From contig CM075998.1 of assembly GCA_038087875.1 (NCBI GenBank), positions 6,264,001-6,328,000 on the forward strand: a stretch of 64,000 nt of DNA. Reading direction: 5' to 3'. This document shows positions 24,660-38,074 of the stretch, in pieces. The stretch is from Malacoraja senta. Its lineage: Eukaryota. The notes under the pieces were generated by a model. It was not told where the DNA came from. It worked only from the letters and a program-made list of their open reading frames with translations, and did not search any database. How positions within the stretch are numbered: position 1 is the stretch's first letter; each line of letters begins with the position of its first letter. The translations under genes were made by a program, and so were the position numbers.

Positions 24660-26520
24660 TAGACATAGACATAGACATACAAGACATAGAAAATAGGTGC
24701 AGGAGGAGGCCATTCGGCCTTTCGAGCCAGCACCGCCATTCATTGTGATCATGGCTGATCGTCCCCAATCAATAACCCGTGCCTGCCTTCTCCCCATATC
24801 CCTTGATTCCACTAGCCCCTAGAGCTCTATCTAACTCTCTCTTAAATCCATCCAGTGATTTGACCTCCACTGCCCTCTGTGGCAGGGAATTCCACAAATT
24901 CACAACTCTCTGGGTGAAAAAGTTTTTTTCTCACCTCAGTCTTAAATGGCCTCCCCTTTATTCTAAGACTGTGGCCCCTGGTTCTGGACTCGCCCAACAT
25001 TGGGAACATTTTTCCTGCATCTAGCTTGTCCAGTCCTTTTATAAGTTTATATGTTTCTATAAGATCCTCCCCTCATCCTTCTAAACTCCAGTGAATATAG
25101 TCTTTTCAATCTTTCCTCATATGACAGTCCGCCATCCCAGGGATCAATCTCGTGAACCTACGCTGCACTGCCTCAATCACAAGGATGTCCTTCCTCAAAT
25201 TAGGAGACCAAAACTGTACACAATACTCCAGATGTGGTCTCACCAGAGCCCTATTCAACTACAGAAGAACCTCTCCTGTACTGAAATCCTCTTGTTATGA
25301 AGGCCAACATTCCATTAGCTTTCTTCACTGCCTGCTGTACCTGTAAGCCAACTTTCAGTGACTGGTGTACAAGGACACCCAGGTCTCGCTGTACCCCCCT
25401 TACCTAACCTAACCCTATTGAGATAATAATCTGCCCCCTTGTTTTTGCCGCCAAAGTGGGTAACCTCACATTTATCTATATTATACTGCATCTGCCACGC
25501 ATCTGCCCACTCACTCAACCTGTCCAGGTCACCCTGCAACCTCCTAACATCCTCTTCACATTTCACACTGCCACCCAGCTTTGTGTCATCTGCAAACTTG
25601 CTAGTGTTGCTCCTAATTCCCTCTTCCAAATCATTAATATATATGGTAAACAGTTGCGGCCCCAACACCGAGCCTTGCAGCACTCCACTCGCCACTGCCT
25701 GCCATTCTGAAAAGGACCCGTTCACTCCTACTCTTTGCTTCCTGCCTGCCAACCAATTTTCTATCCATGTCAACACCCTACCCCCGATACCATGTGCTCA
25801 AATTTTAGTCACCAGTCTCCCGTGCGGCGTTCTTGGAAAGCTGACAACACAAGTGCTCGGAGCTGCTACAGATTTCAAAGGCTTTTTGAAAGTCTAGATA
25901 CACTACATCCACTGGCTCCCCTTCATCCATTTTACTTGTCACATCCTCAAAAAATTACAGAAGATTAGTCAAACATGATTTCCCTTACATAAATCCATGT
26001 TGACTTGGACTAATCCTTTTACTGCTATCTAAATGCCCCATTATTACCTCTTTAATAATTGACTCCAGCATCTTTCCCACCACCGAAGTCAGGCTAACTG
26101 GTCTGTAATTCCCTGTTTTCCCTCTCGCTCCTTTCTTGAAAAGTGGGATAACATTAGCTATCCTCCAGTCCACAGGAACTGATCCTTAATCTATTGAACA
26201 TTGGAAAATGATCACCAATGCGTCCACTATTTCTAGAGCCACCTCCCTGAGGACCCTGGGATGCAGACCATCAGGCCCAGGGGATTTATCATCCTTCAAT
26301 CCCATTAGCCTACTCAATATTATTTCTTGCCTAATGAAAATTTATTTCAGTTCCTCTACCCCCTTAGATCCTCTGTCCTCCAGTACATCTGGGAGATTGT
26401 TTGTGCCTTCCACTAGTGAAGACAGATCCGAAGTACCTGTTCAACTCTTCTGCCATTTCCTTGTTCCCCATAATAATTTCACCCGTGTCTGCCTTCAAGG
26501 GACCCACATTTGACTTTGCT
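24660..26520 (-). mobile_element. CR1 LINE, RT region, decayed
   Basis: DWRIANVIPLFKKG...NYRPVSLTSVVGK; SGVLQGSVLGPQLFTIYINDL; KFADDTKL. Confidence 0.9.
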
Positions 26521-26553
26521 CGGATCTCGGAGAAAACCCACGCAGGTCACGGG

Positions 26554-27532
26554 TAATAATAATAATAATAATAGATGTTATTTATATAGCGCTTTTCAGG
26601 ACTCAAAGTCGCTTTACAATTGGGAGTCAGGAATAAACAAAACAAAATAGAGCAGTAAGACAGAGGGGGGGGGGAACATGGGACTAAGGGTATGCAGAGG
26701 TGAAGAGATGGGTCTTGAGGCGGGACTGGAAGATGGTGAGGGACTCAGAATTTCGGACCGGTTGTGGGAGGAATTCCAGAGCCTGGGAGCTGCCCTGGAG
26801 AAGGCTCTGCCTCCAAAAGTGCAGAGGTTTGATTTCGGAGTGGAGAGGAGACCAGCTGATGTGGATCTGAGGGACCGTGAGGGTTGGTAGGGGGAGAGGA
26901 GGTCAATGAGATAAGGGGGGGGCCAGGTTGTTGAGGGCTTTGTAGGTGAGGACCAGGATTTTGTAGGTGATCCGGTGGGAAATGGGAAGCCAGTGAAGTT
27001 CTTTGAGAACTGGGGTGATGTGGTGCCAGGATTTGGTGTGGGTGATGAGTCGGGCGGCTGCATTCTGGACCAGTTGGAGTCGGTTGATGCTGCTGGAATT
27101 GATTCTGAAAAGAAGAGAGTTACAGTAGTCCAGTCGGGAGGAGATGAAGGCATGGATGAGTCTTTCAGCAGCGGGGGGTGTGAGAGAGGATCTGATTTTG
27201 GCAATGTTGCGGAGGTGAAAAAATGATGTTTTGACAACATGGCGGATGTGAGGCTCAAGGGAGAGGGTTGAGTCAAAGATCATGCCAAGGTTGCGTGCCT
27301 GAGGAGATGGGGAGACAGTGGTGCCGTCAATAGTGAGAGTGGGGTTGTTAATTTTAGTGAGTGTTGATTTGGAGCCAATGAGGAGAAATTCTGTTTTGCT
27401 ACTGTTTAATTTAAGGAAGTTGAGTTGCATCCAAGATTTGATGGCTGATAGGCAGGAGTTGATATGGGAGAGAGGGGGGTGGTGGGGGGACTTGGTGCTG
27501 AGATAGATCTGGGTGTCATCAGCATAGCAGTG
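26554..27532 (-). mobile_element. L2-clade LINE 3' fragment
   Basis: FHCYADDTQIYLS...LKLNSSKTE...SRLDYCNSLL; L2-type tail GTAAAGCGACTTTGAG..AAAAGCGCTATATAAAT then (TAT)n. Confidence 0.88.
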
Positions 27533-29421
27533 GAAACTCCGTACAGACAGCACCCATAGTCGGGATGGAACCCGGGTCTCTTGCACTGCATTCGCTGTAA
27601 GGCAGCAACTCTACCGCTGTGCCACCGTGGCCACTCTTACCTGACGGATCTTGCTGTGCACAGATGCCCGCTGTGTTTCCTGAGCTAGTAGAATGACTGA
27701 AGTGCCAGGTCCTGTGGTGTGATCATGCAGGGGAATCCATCCTCCCTCCCTCCCTCCCTCCCACTGACGCTCACAACAGAAGGTGGTGAGGGGCTGCGTA
27801 CCTCGCTGAAAGCCTTGCCCGCTGCTGTATTCCCCTTGCACAAGGAAAAGGCCTTCCCTTGGTGAACTCCACAAGAAACCTTCTCGCTCAGGCTGGCTGG
27901 CTGGCAAAGATCGGAGGGGGGTTTGGAAGTTGAATCAATGGGTCGGGGGCCAGTGGCTGGGGAGGGGAAGAGGTAGCAGGCGTTGAGAAGTTGTTGGGCC
28001 AACTAGAGATCATTGAATGGTGGGGCCATGCATGGAGGTTGCAAGGGACCACAAACATTGGTCTTGCTCTTGTTGGTGTGGGATTGATGGACCATGAGGG
28101 AAGATCAGGTCAGTGAATTACATAAAGGGGCTGGCCTAAGTTCAGCTCCCTCCCCCCTCAGACTGTTGGACTGCTGAGACAAGACAGCTTTAAGAAGTAG
28201 ACCATGACAATGCTAGGAAGGCATGTTTCTGCATGTGCGCTCTACGGCTGAAGATCCCAAAATGGCGGCCAAACTGCAATAAATGTGTTGGATGCATCTG
28301 TGAACATCATCCTGGAATCATCAGTCTGTCGGACACGCAGTGTAGGGAGTGAAAATCCTGGGATTAAGAGAAAAAAATGGGTATGGAGTTAGGGAGCAGA
28401 TCGACCATGTCCTTATTGGATACAGAACAGTCTCAAGGGGCTGAATGGCCTCCTCCTGTTCCTCTGTTTCCAATGCTATGTTCTAGACAGCAGTTGGATC
28501 ATATTTGACTGTTATTCAAACAGCACTTAGTCTAATTCCCAATGTCTCAAACAAAAATTGAACTTTTAAAAATGACGTTCTGATGATTTTCTCCGGAGAT
28601 TTTGCTCGTGGTCACGTCCTGGAAATGAATCTGCGATTTCTGGGGACTCCACGGCGTTCTTGGAAAGCTGACAACACAAGTGCTCGGAGCTGCTACAGAT
28701 TTCCAAAGGGGGTTTGCTGTTATTTTCTTTCGAGAGGCCGCGGCACAAAGTGAACAATAGTTCGCAGAATCACGCCCTGGGACAGGATATGTCAAACAAA
28801 TTGCAAAGTGGGTGTTCCACGCTGTCCCTGTCCTGGTTTTGCAGAGAATCCCAGCCAGGTTCTCCCCTGAAGGGCAGGGAGGGACTGGGATGAAATGGAA
28901 TGTGTGGGAAAATGTTTGACTACCGACGACTGGCGGCCAAGTTTTTAAATCAACATTACTGGTGAGGGGGGGTCATTACTTCTTAACGTTTAGCAATAAC
29001 GCCTGGTTGCTTGACCCATGACCTTTAACCTTTACTGGCAAGCGAGTGCAGGATAGCTGCTGTTACTTTTTAGTTTAGTTCAGCGCGGAAACAGGCCCTT
29101 CGGCCCACCGAGTCTGCACCATCCCCACGCACACTAACACTATCCTACACACACTAGGGACAATGTTTACATTTATACCGAGCCAATTAACCTACAAACC
29201 TGTACATCTTTGGATTGTGGGAGGAAACCCACGCAGGTCACGGGGAGAACGTGCAAACTCCGTACAGACAGCACCTGTAGTCAGGATCGAACCCGGGTCT
29301 CTGGCGCTGTGAGGCAGCAGCTCACCGTTGGGGGGAAAGCTGACTGCTGTTATATTTGTAAGTGTTGTTGGACATGCAAGGTGAATGACACAGCAACTAA
29401 TTTCCTTTCTGCCCCGTACAG

Positions 29422-29523
29422 GAAGCCTATAACAAAGTGGTTGGGTATTTTGGAGAAAGTGCCAAGACTACCCCCCCATCCGTGTTCTTCCCAGTCTTTG
29501 TTCGCTTTGTGAAGTCCTACAAG
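29422..29523 (+). CDS. FMNL3: FMNL3 exon, end of FH2 ([34 protein letters not shown])
   Basis: gccccgtacag|GAA...AAG|gtaaga; 102 bp, phase 0-0. Confidence 0.95.
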
Positions 29524-29774
29524 GTAAGATCACAGAGGCTGATCTGCTCTCTTTTTGCATCTGTTTACCATTGCCGTGACTTCAAACAGTAGTTAATGAG
29601 TCTTTGGCATCAACTATGTTTATCCACCTGTCTTTTTTAAGTTTTAACGGCACTTTCCTAGAGTAAATATTGAAAGAACCTTCATAATGCTGCATCAGTA
29701 GATGTAAATGGAATTAAAGAGGGAAAGTGAGGCTGAAGCAACGCAGCCCAGTTAGTAGTCCCTGTTGTTCAGCC

Positions 29775-30360
29775 TTCACAGTTTCCTCCCCCCTCGACTC
29801 CATCCAAGGACCCCGACAGTCTTTCCAGGTGAGGCAGAGGTTCACCTGCACCTCCTCCAACCTCATCTACTGTATCCGCTGTTCTCGGTGTCAACTTCTC
29901 TACATCGGTGAGACCAAGCGCAGGCTCGGCGATCGATTCGCTGAACACCTCCACTCAGTCTGCCTTAACTAAGCTGATCTCCCGGTTGATCAGCACTTCA
30001 ACTCCCCCTCCCATTCCCAATCTGACCTTTCTGTCCTGGGCCTCCTCCATTGTCAGAGTGAGGCCCAGCGCAAATTGGAGGAACAGCACCTCATATTTCG
30101 CTTGGGCAGCTAACTTCAGATATCCCTTGCTTTCCCTCTCTCTCCATCCCTCCCCATCCCAGTTCTCCCACCAGTCTTACTGTCTCTGACTACACTCTAT
30201 CTCTGTCCCGCCCCCTCCCCTGACATCAGTCTGAAGAAGGGTCTCGACCTGAAACGTCACCCATTCCTTCTCTCCAGAGATGCTGCCTGTCTCGCTGAGT
30301 TACTCCAGCACTTTGTGTTTATCTTCCATTTAACCCAGCATCTGCAGTTCCTTCCTACAC
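29775..30360 (+). mobile_element. Penelope-like 3' fragment (GIY-YIG remnant plus terminal repeat with hammerhead-like motif at 30231-30258)
   Basis: DSIQGPRQSFQVRQRFTCTSSNLIYCIRCSRCQLLYIGETKRRLGDRFAEH. Confidence 0.88.
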
Positions 30361-31504
30361 ATTCACTTAATGAATGGCAGCATTGCTGGGTACTTTATTG
30401 TCACATGGACCTCGATACAGTGACATTATTTATTTTGCATACGATTCAGTCAAATCATCCTGTACATAAGCACAATCACAAATAAGTACAAAAGTGCAAC
30501 GAGCGTTTGTCGGCACTGGGCCTGTACTCGCTGGAGTTTAGAAGAATGAGGGGGGGACCTCATTGAAACGTGCCGAATAGAGAAAGGCTCGGCAGAGTGG
30601 ATGTGGAGAGGATGTTTACACTGGTGGGAGAGTCTAGGACTAGAGGTCACAGCCTCAGGACATTCCTTTAGGAAGGAGATGAGGAGGAATTTCTTTAGCC
30701 AGAGGGTGGTGAATCTGTGGAATTATTTACCACAGATGGCTGTGGAGGCCAAGTCAGTGGATATTGTTAAGGCAGAGATAGATAGATTCTTGATTAGTAC
30801 GGGTGTCAGGGGTTATGGGGAGAAGGCAGGAGAATGGGGTTCAGAGGGAGAGATAGATCAGCCATGATTGAATGGCGGAGGAGATGATGGGCTGAATGGC
30901 CTCATTCTGCTCCTATCACTTTAGACCTTATGACCTTTTGATTGCAGTGTAAGAATAGTAGATTTCAAAGATTCAAAGCACCAACTTGTTCCCTTTAAGT
31001 TCTTACCGTTGACTAATCTTGGCCTTAAAAGCTCTAAGTTGGTGTAGCAGTGGACAGCCTAGCCAGGTGATGATATATGTTTAATTTCTTAGTAGAGTTT
31101 AGAGATACAGCTCGGCAACAGGCCCTTCGGCCCACCGAGTCCGCACCGACCAGCGATCCCCGCACATGAACACCATCCTACACACACTAGGGACAATTTA
31201 CAATTATACCAATCCAATTAACCTACAAACCTGCACGTCTTTGGAGTGTGGGAGAAAACCGGAGCACCCGGAGAAAACCCACGCAGGTCACGGGGAGAAC
31301 GGACTGGTGCTGTGAGGCAACAACTCTACCGCTGCGTCACCGTGCCGCCCTGTTGTCCACCACCGCACTGTGCCGCGCCGCGGTCCACGCTCCGATCCGC
31401 GTGCTCGTCCGTCTGTGGGGCCTCTGGCGCCGCCTGATCCACGGTGATCTGTGGACAGACTGCGGGGATGAGCGCTAAGCTGGCTTCTTCCTCTCTGTCT
31501 GCAG

Positions 31505-31600
31505 GAAGCGGAGCAGGAAAATGAGCTGCGGAAAAAGCAGGAGCAAGCTTTGAGGGAGAAGATGCTTGCTCAGGAAGCCAAACTTCAGCAGGACCAAAAG
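31505..31600 (+). CDS. FMNL3: FMNL3 exon (EAEQENELRKKQEQALREKMLAQEAKLQQDQK)
   Basis: tctctgtctgcag|GAA...AAG|gtaaag; 96 bp, phase 0-0. Confidence 0.93.
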
Positions 31601-33191
31601 GTAAAGCACACACCCACTTCATTGTCAGGGCTGCACTTTGACCTTCACTCTTCACAGCCAGGATGTTGGCAGCCCTGGGGCCTGGCCTGGGGGCAGTAGA
31701 GGAATACAGGCTATTGGCTTCAGGCAATGTGTCTCCACGGGACTCAACTAAACTAAACTAAACTAGTTATTGTGCAGCTGCCAAATTGCACGCAGAAATC
31801 TCCCACAAGCAGCAACATGGTAACACTTTAACAGGCTGTCTTTAAGAGCAAATTAAATGGTGAATCAGGTGGCTGATAATCTCACACTGAATTGTTGCGT
31901 TCAAAGTTGGACCCAGGGTCTTCATTTCAAAATGAAAGGTCTTCTGATGACTTCCCCAGAGGAATTGAATGGCCTGTAACCTTGCAACATTTGTAAACAG
32001 AACCAAACAGTTGGAGTATTATTTTAGCACCATCTATCATTTGATGAACAGCGCTGAATATTTGACAGTAATCTTACAGTAATCTTATGCCAAGTTGTTT
32101 TTCATAGATGTGGTGAAGCTTGGGTAATGTTTTATTTGCCTTGGACACAAACTTGTAATCTCTTCAAAGCTTTAAAATGATTGCATGTTTTAAATTCCCG
32201 GCCTGTAAAATCTTCACATTCTGCATTTCACTCCTTCCAATTGGCTTCCAACTCCACTATCAGCTTGTTTTTGTGTTGTCTGTAAGTTTAGTTCAGTTTA
32301 TTGTCATGTGTACCGAGGTACAGTGAAAAACTTCTGTTGCGTGCTAACCTGTCAGCAGAAAGTCAGTACATGATTACAATCGAGGCGTCCACAGTGTTCA
32401 GATACATGATAAAGGGAATAACGTTTAGTCCAAGATAAAATCCAGTAAAGTCCAATCAAAGATAGTCCGAGGGTCTCCAATTAGGTAGAGTTTAGTTTTG
32501 TTTCGTTTAGTTCGGAGTTACACAGTGGAAACAGGCCCTTCGGCCCACCGAGTCCGCGCAGCCCAGTGATCACCAGCGACTAGTTCTGTAGCCTACAAAC
32601 CTGTATGTCTTTGGAGTGTGATAGTAAACCAGAGCACCCGGAGAAAACCCACGTGGTCATAGTCACAGAGTGACACAGCATGGAAACAGGCCCTTCGGCC
32701 CAACTTGCCCACACCAGCCAACATGTTCCCATCTACACTAGTCCCACCTGCCCGCGTTTGGTCCATATCGCTCCAAACCTGTCCTATCCATGTACCTGTC
32801 TAACTGTTTCTTAAATGTTGGGATAGTCCCAGCCTCAACTACCTCCTCTGGCAGCTTGTTCCATACACCCACCACCCTTTGTGTGAAAAAATTACCGCTC
32901 AGATTCATGTTCAATCTTTTCCCCTTCACCTTGAACCTATGTGTCCTCTGGTCTTCAATACCCCTACTCTGGGCAAGAGACTCTGTGCATCTTCCCGATC
33001 TATTCCTCTCATGTCACGTGGGAAAACGTACAAGCTCCGTACAGACGGCACCCGTGGTCAGGATGGAACCCGGGTCTTTGGTGCTGTGAGGCAGCAACTC
33101 TACCGCTGCGCCACCATGCTGTCTTACGGACATTCAGCGGGCAGCGTGCGCGGCCCGTGCTGTGCAGTAACGGTGGCATTGTTTCCTGCAG

Positions 33192-33315
33192 TCTCCCTGC
33201 CCCAGGAACAAGCGGCAGCACCAGGAGCTCATTGCCGAGCTGCGAAGGCGGCAGGTGAAAGATCACCCAGCGGTGTATGAAGGCAAAGATGGGACCATTG
33301 AAGACATCATCACAG
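33192..33315 (+). CDS. FMNL3: FMNL3 exon, WH2-like motif and DAD core ([41 protein letters not shown])
   Basis: gtttcctgcag|TCT...ACAG|gtaatg; 124 bp, phase 0-1. Confidence 0.94.
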
Positions 33316-33995
33316 GTAATGCTTGACCAGATCCCAGCATCCCAGTGGTAGCTGGCTCGCAGCAGAGACACAGTCTTTCAAGGCCTATGATTCTCCACAG
33401 TGTGTTGGAAGGAACTGCCGATGCTGGCTTAAACCGAAGATACCCCTGTAGACACAAAAACCTGGAGTAACTCAGAGGGACAGGCAGCATCTGTGGAGAA
33501 AAGGAATGGGTGATATTTCACGTCAGACTCTTCTTCAGACTGAACTCAAACTTTCAGTCTTGACCCGAAACGTCACCCATTCCTTCTCTCCAGAGATGCT
33601 GCCTGTCCCACTGAGTTACTCCAGCATTTGGTGATTTTCCACAGTGGTGGGCTTGTGTACATTTGATTCGCTTCCAGTGAGGTTTTATTTGGCAAGCTTC
33701 CCTGCAGTGCTTGTCAGCGCCACCGACCTTCATTTTCTTGCTGCAAACTTGACTTGGTTGCAACAATTGCGAGCCAAGATTAACAGCATTGTTTGAGTGC
33801 AGCTTCCCAAGTTCCGCTAGAACTAATCGCCTTGTGTAACTGTTTGATTGTGTGGCCAAGCATTTCTTGCTGTGGTGTTTCAATATAAATGTCACCGACC
33901 AAAGGGGGAAGGGGCTCCAGTAGAAGCTCACGCAAACACCTGGAGTTTGCAATCCATTTTTTGTTGGGAGCTCAGTCATAGATTGACACAGTGTG

Positions 33996-34200
33996 GAAAC
34001 AGGCCCTTCGGCCCAACTTGCCCACGCCGACCAACATGTCCCAGCTACACTAGTCCCAGAGTCACAGAAACAGGCCCTTCAGCCCAACTTGCCCATGCAG
34101 ACCAACATGTCCCAGCTTCACTGGTCCCAGAGTCACAGAAACAGGCCCTTCAGCCCAACTTGCCCACGCCAACCAACATGTCCCAGCTACACTAGTCCCA
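33996..34200 (-). repeat. Three tandem 71-bp copies of a CR1 3' tail
   Basis: GAAACAGGCCCTTC at 33996, 34067 and 34138. Confidence 0.9.
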
Positions 34201-34437
34201 TCTGCCCGCGTTTGTCATATCCTATCCATGTTCCTGTCTTCAACTATCTCCTCGATAGTCCCTGCCTCAACTATCTCCTCGGCTGTCATTAAATGAGGGG
34301 GGCTATGAAAGGCACCTCCAGTCCCCTAATACAATGTGTAGGAAAGAACTGCAGATGCTGGTTTAAATCGAAGATAGACACAAAAAGCTGGAGTAACTCA
34401 GTGGGACAGGCAGCATCTCTGGAGAGAAGGAATGGGT

Positions 34438-34465
34438 GACGTTTCGGGTCGAGACCCTTCTTCAG
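34438..34465 (-). ncRNA. Minimal hammerhead-ribozyme-like motif (best consensus copy) in a short Penelope-derived insert
   Basis: Minus strand CUGAAGA-A-GGGU(CUCG)ACCC-GAAAC-GUC. Confidence 0.5.
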
Positions 34466-34674
34466 ATGCTTCTTGAACCTGAAACGTCACCCATTCCTTC
34501 TCTCCCGAGATGCTGCCTGTCCCGCTGAGTTACTCCAGCATTTTGTGTTTATCTTCGATCTAAACCAGCATCTGCAGTCTGTTCGACTTTTCCCTCCTAC
34601 TCTGCTAATCCCCAGGTGTTGGAGCTTGACCTCTGATGTCCTTCCAACATGGGTCATCAGTTGGTGATCAGTGA

Positions 34675-35280
34675 TCATAAGACATCGGAGCAGAATTAGG
34701 CCATTCGGCCCATCGAGTCTGCTCCGCCATTCAATCACGGCTGATCTATCTCTCCATTCTAACCCCATTCTCCTGCCTCCTCCCCATAACCTTTGACACC
34801 CGTACTAATCGAGATCCTAGAAATATCTGCTTCAAAAATATCCACTGACTTGGCCTCCACAGCCGTCTGTGGCAATGAATTCTACAGATTCACCATCCTC
34901 TGGCAAAAGAAATTCCTCCTCATCTCCTTTCTAAAGGTACGTCCTTTTATGCTGAGGCTGTGCCCTCTGGTCCTAGACTCTTCCACTAGTGGAAACATCC
35001 TCTCCATATCCACTCTATCCAGGCCTTTCACTATTCGGTAAGTTTCAATTATATTCCTGCTCATCCTTCTAAACTCCAGCGAGTACAGGCCCAGTGCCGA
35101 CAAACGCTCATCATATGTTAACCCACTCATTCTTGGGATCATTCTTGTAAACCTCCTGTGGACCCTCTCCAGAGCCAGCACATCCTGCCTCAGATATGGG
35201 GCCCAAAACTGCTCACAGTACTCCTAATGCAGCCTGACCAGCGCCTTATAGAGCCTCAGCGTTACATCCCTGTTTTGACA
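34675..35280 (-). mobile_element. CR1 LINE 3' fragment
   Basis: ORF 34882-35181. Confidence 0.85.
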
Positions 35281-36736
35281 CTCTAGTCTCAAGGCGGGGG
35301 GCGAGGGAGAGGTGTTTTCTGTGACTGTTTTACTTGGAGCGGTGGAATCACATTCATCTTATCTGGATAGGGTTATCAATTTCAATGAATACCCAAAGGC
35401 ATTGAAACTGTGCCATCTCTTTTATACTCTTTTACTTTTGAACTCTTTTGATTGTGACTGACAGTCCATTCCTGCAGACACCGATTTTGTGGATTCACAA
35501 CAAAACACAAAGGCAGGATACAGAAGCTGGCTCTGCAGCAACCTGTTGCATTGAATCACTGTCATTAAAACCTGCAGCAGAATGATTACATTCTGATTAT
35601 TTCAGTAATAACCTGCGTTCAATGCAGTCACCACTTTTCTCACCAGGGGACACTGAACTTAATCAAGTCTGAGATCGCTAGGTTTTACTGGACTCAGCAA
35701 GGCCACCAGTATAATCAAAGACCAGTCCCACCCCAGTCACCAAGGAATAACATTTAGCGCAAGATGAAGTCCAGAAAAGTCTGATTAAAGATAGTCCGAA
35801 CATCTCCAATGAGGTAGATGGGAGGTCAGGACTGCTCTCTAGTTGGTGATAGGATGGTTCAGTTGGCTGGGAAGAAACTGTCCTTGAATCTGGAGGTGTG
35901 CGTTTTCATACTTCTGTACCTTTTGGGTAGGAAGGAACTGCAGATGCTGGTACAAACCGAAGATAGACACAAAGTGCTGGAGTAACTCAGCGGGACAGGC
36001 AGCATCTCTGGAGAGAAGGAATGGGTGACGTTTCAATTCGAGACCCTTCTTCAGACTGGCTAAAGTCTTCTCTCTCTCCAGAGATGCTGCCTGTCCCGCT
36101 GAGTTACTCCAGCATTTTGTGTCTATCTTCTATACCGCTTGCCTGATGGAAGAGGGAGTGGCCAGGGTGCGGCTTCGGCACAGGCCGACCTCAAGTTTTT
36201 AATCCCTTGCTCTCATGTTTGGTGATTTTTAATTTTAACAAAAGACAAAAGAATGATGTTGGTAGTGCAGTCAACCTAGATGGGCATAAGCTTCGTGGAG
36301 CGACTGGCCATTTAATTTCCTTATGCTTATGTATCCTCCCATCAATAGCCGACCAACACGAAACAATATGAATCTGGAAGTAGGATTAGAGTAGAGTTAG
36401 AGCTGTATAGTGCTATATTCAGCTCTGTGGTGGTGCAGTCGAGTGGCTCTGGGCAAGATCATTCCCATCTAGCATCCCAAGATGCTTCATTTTCTGTGAG
36501 ATTGTCCCAGCCTTGCATGTGGGCTAATGATGCAGCACCGATCCAGCAAGAGGTGGTCTTTCAAAGGTTGAACCTTCCAACGTGTGTGTTGTTTTTTATG
36601 CATTGTCAGCATATTAAGGCTCTTGCCAATGCTATGATTTGATGTGGTTTCTTTTTCTTCCCCCTTCCCCCATCCCTTTTGCTTCCTTCCCTCTCCCCCC
36701 TCCTCTCGCCCTTCCTTCCTTCCCTCTCTCCTGCAG

Positions 36737-36828
36737 TGCTGAAGAGTGTGCCCTTCACAGCGCGAACTGCGAAACGAGGCTCTCGCTTCTTCTGTGAAAC
36801 GACATTGTGTGAAGAATCCAACTGTTAA
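36737..36828 (+). CDS. FMNL3: FMNL3 C-terminal coding exon A ([30 protein letters not shown])
   Basis: Long polypyrimidine tract, ctgcag|TG; TAA at 36826-36828; candidate donor CAG|gtttgt at 36863. Confidence 0.93.
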
Positions 36829-38074
36829 CGTTTCTGCCCGTTACAGACTGCAATTGTGACAGGTTTGTACCATTTGTGTTCTCTCCATTGCATTTGGTGT
36901 TGTTTCTAATGCTCATTGCTGGTCCATTTGGGAATCTTCCTTTTTAAATTCCCCCCAAAACGAGCCTCTTGTGCCTCTCCCACGATGTTCCAGAAGATGG
37001 TGGCAGTGATTGAGTGTGACCTGGATGCAGCCATCCATTAGAGTATCTCTCCTGGACTGGGGCTTGGGTTGAGATGGGAACCAGTGGGTAGCTTGAGGCA
37101 GGGAAGGGTTGTTGGTCTTAGTGGCCATTGCAAAAAGCATTGACAGTAGCTGACAGAACCGCACCTAAGCCATTGTGTTGGCTTGACATGTTTCAGGTCG
37201 GCCAGGCAGTGACCTTATGTCTTTGTGCGTCTGATACCATACTGTTGCATTGGTCTGGGCTTCAATCTCTTCACCATCTTCTGTTGCTTTGTATAGCGTG
37301 CTTTTAGTTTAGTTTCGTGATACAACGTGGAAACAGGCCCTTCGGCCCACTGAGACCGCACTGACCAGCAATCCCCGCACACAAACACTATCCTACACAC
37401 ACTAGGGACAATTTACACTTTTACCGAACCAATTGGCCTACAAACCTGCACGTCTTTGGAGTGTGGGAGAAAACCGAAGATCTCGGAGAAAACCCACTCA
37501 GGTCACGGGGAGAACGTACAAACTCCGTAGAGACAGCACCCGTAGTCGGGATCGAACCCGGGTCTCCGGCGCTGCAAGCGCTGTAAGGCAGCAACTCTAC
37601 TGCTGTGCCTATGGGTGCTGTCTGTGTGGAGTTTACACGTTCTATATATTGTCCCAGCTGTCATCTTAACATCACTTATTCAAATGGAAAATTGTTTCCT
37701 ACTCTTGGACTCTGAAAGGAATTCCAATTTCCCACAGGATCGTCAGCCCCCTTCAGCACTCTCCCTTCCGGCTAAAACTGGCAATCACACAATTGTTTTC
37801 CTTTATTTTGCAGACACTTAAATCCTCTTCCCTCACCATCACCCAATCATCTTCATTTTCTTAATTTCTTTAGTGAAATGGAAGAGTGGTATCCATAGTT
37901 GTTCCAAGTTCTTCGTCGTGGGTAAGACTTCACAAGGCGCCATGCAGCAGCTGTGAAGGCAGTGTGCTTGCAAGCTTTGGCATCCCAAGTTCAAGCAGTA
38001 AATGCTAATGTTGCTCAAATGTCTATGCTTCCTCCAAAAAGGGCAAAGGATGGCTTTGAAATGCTTTTGCCTTG

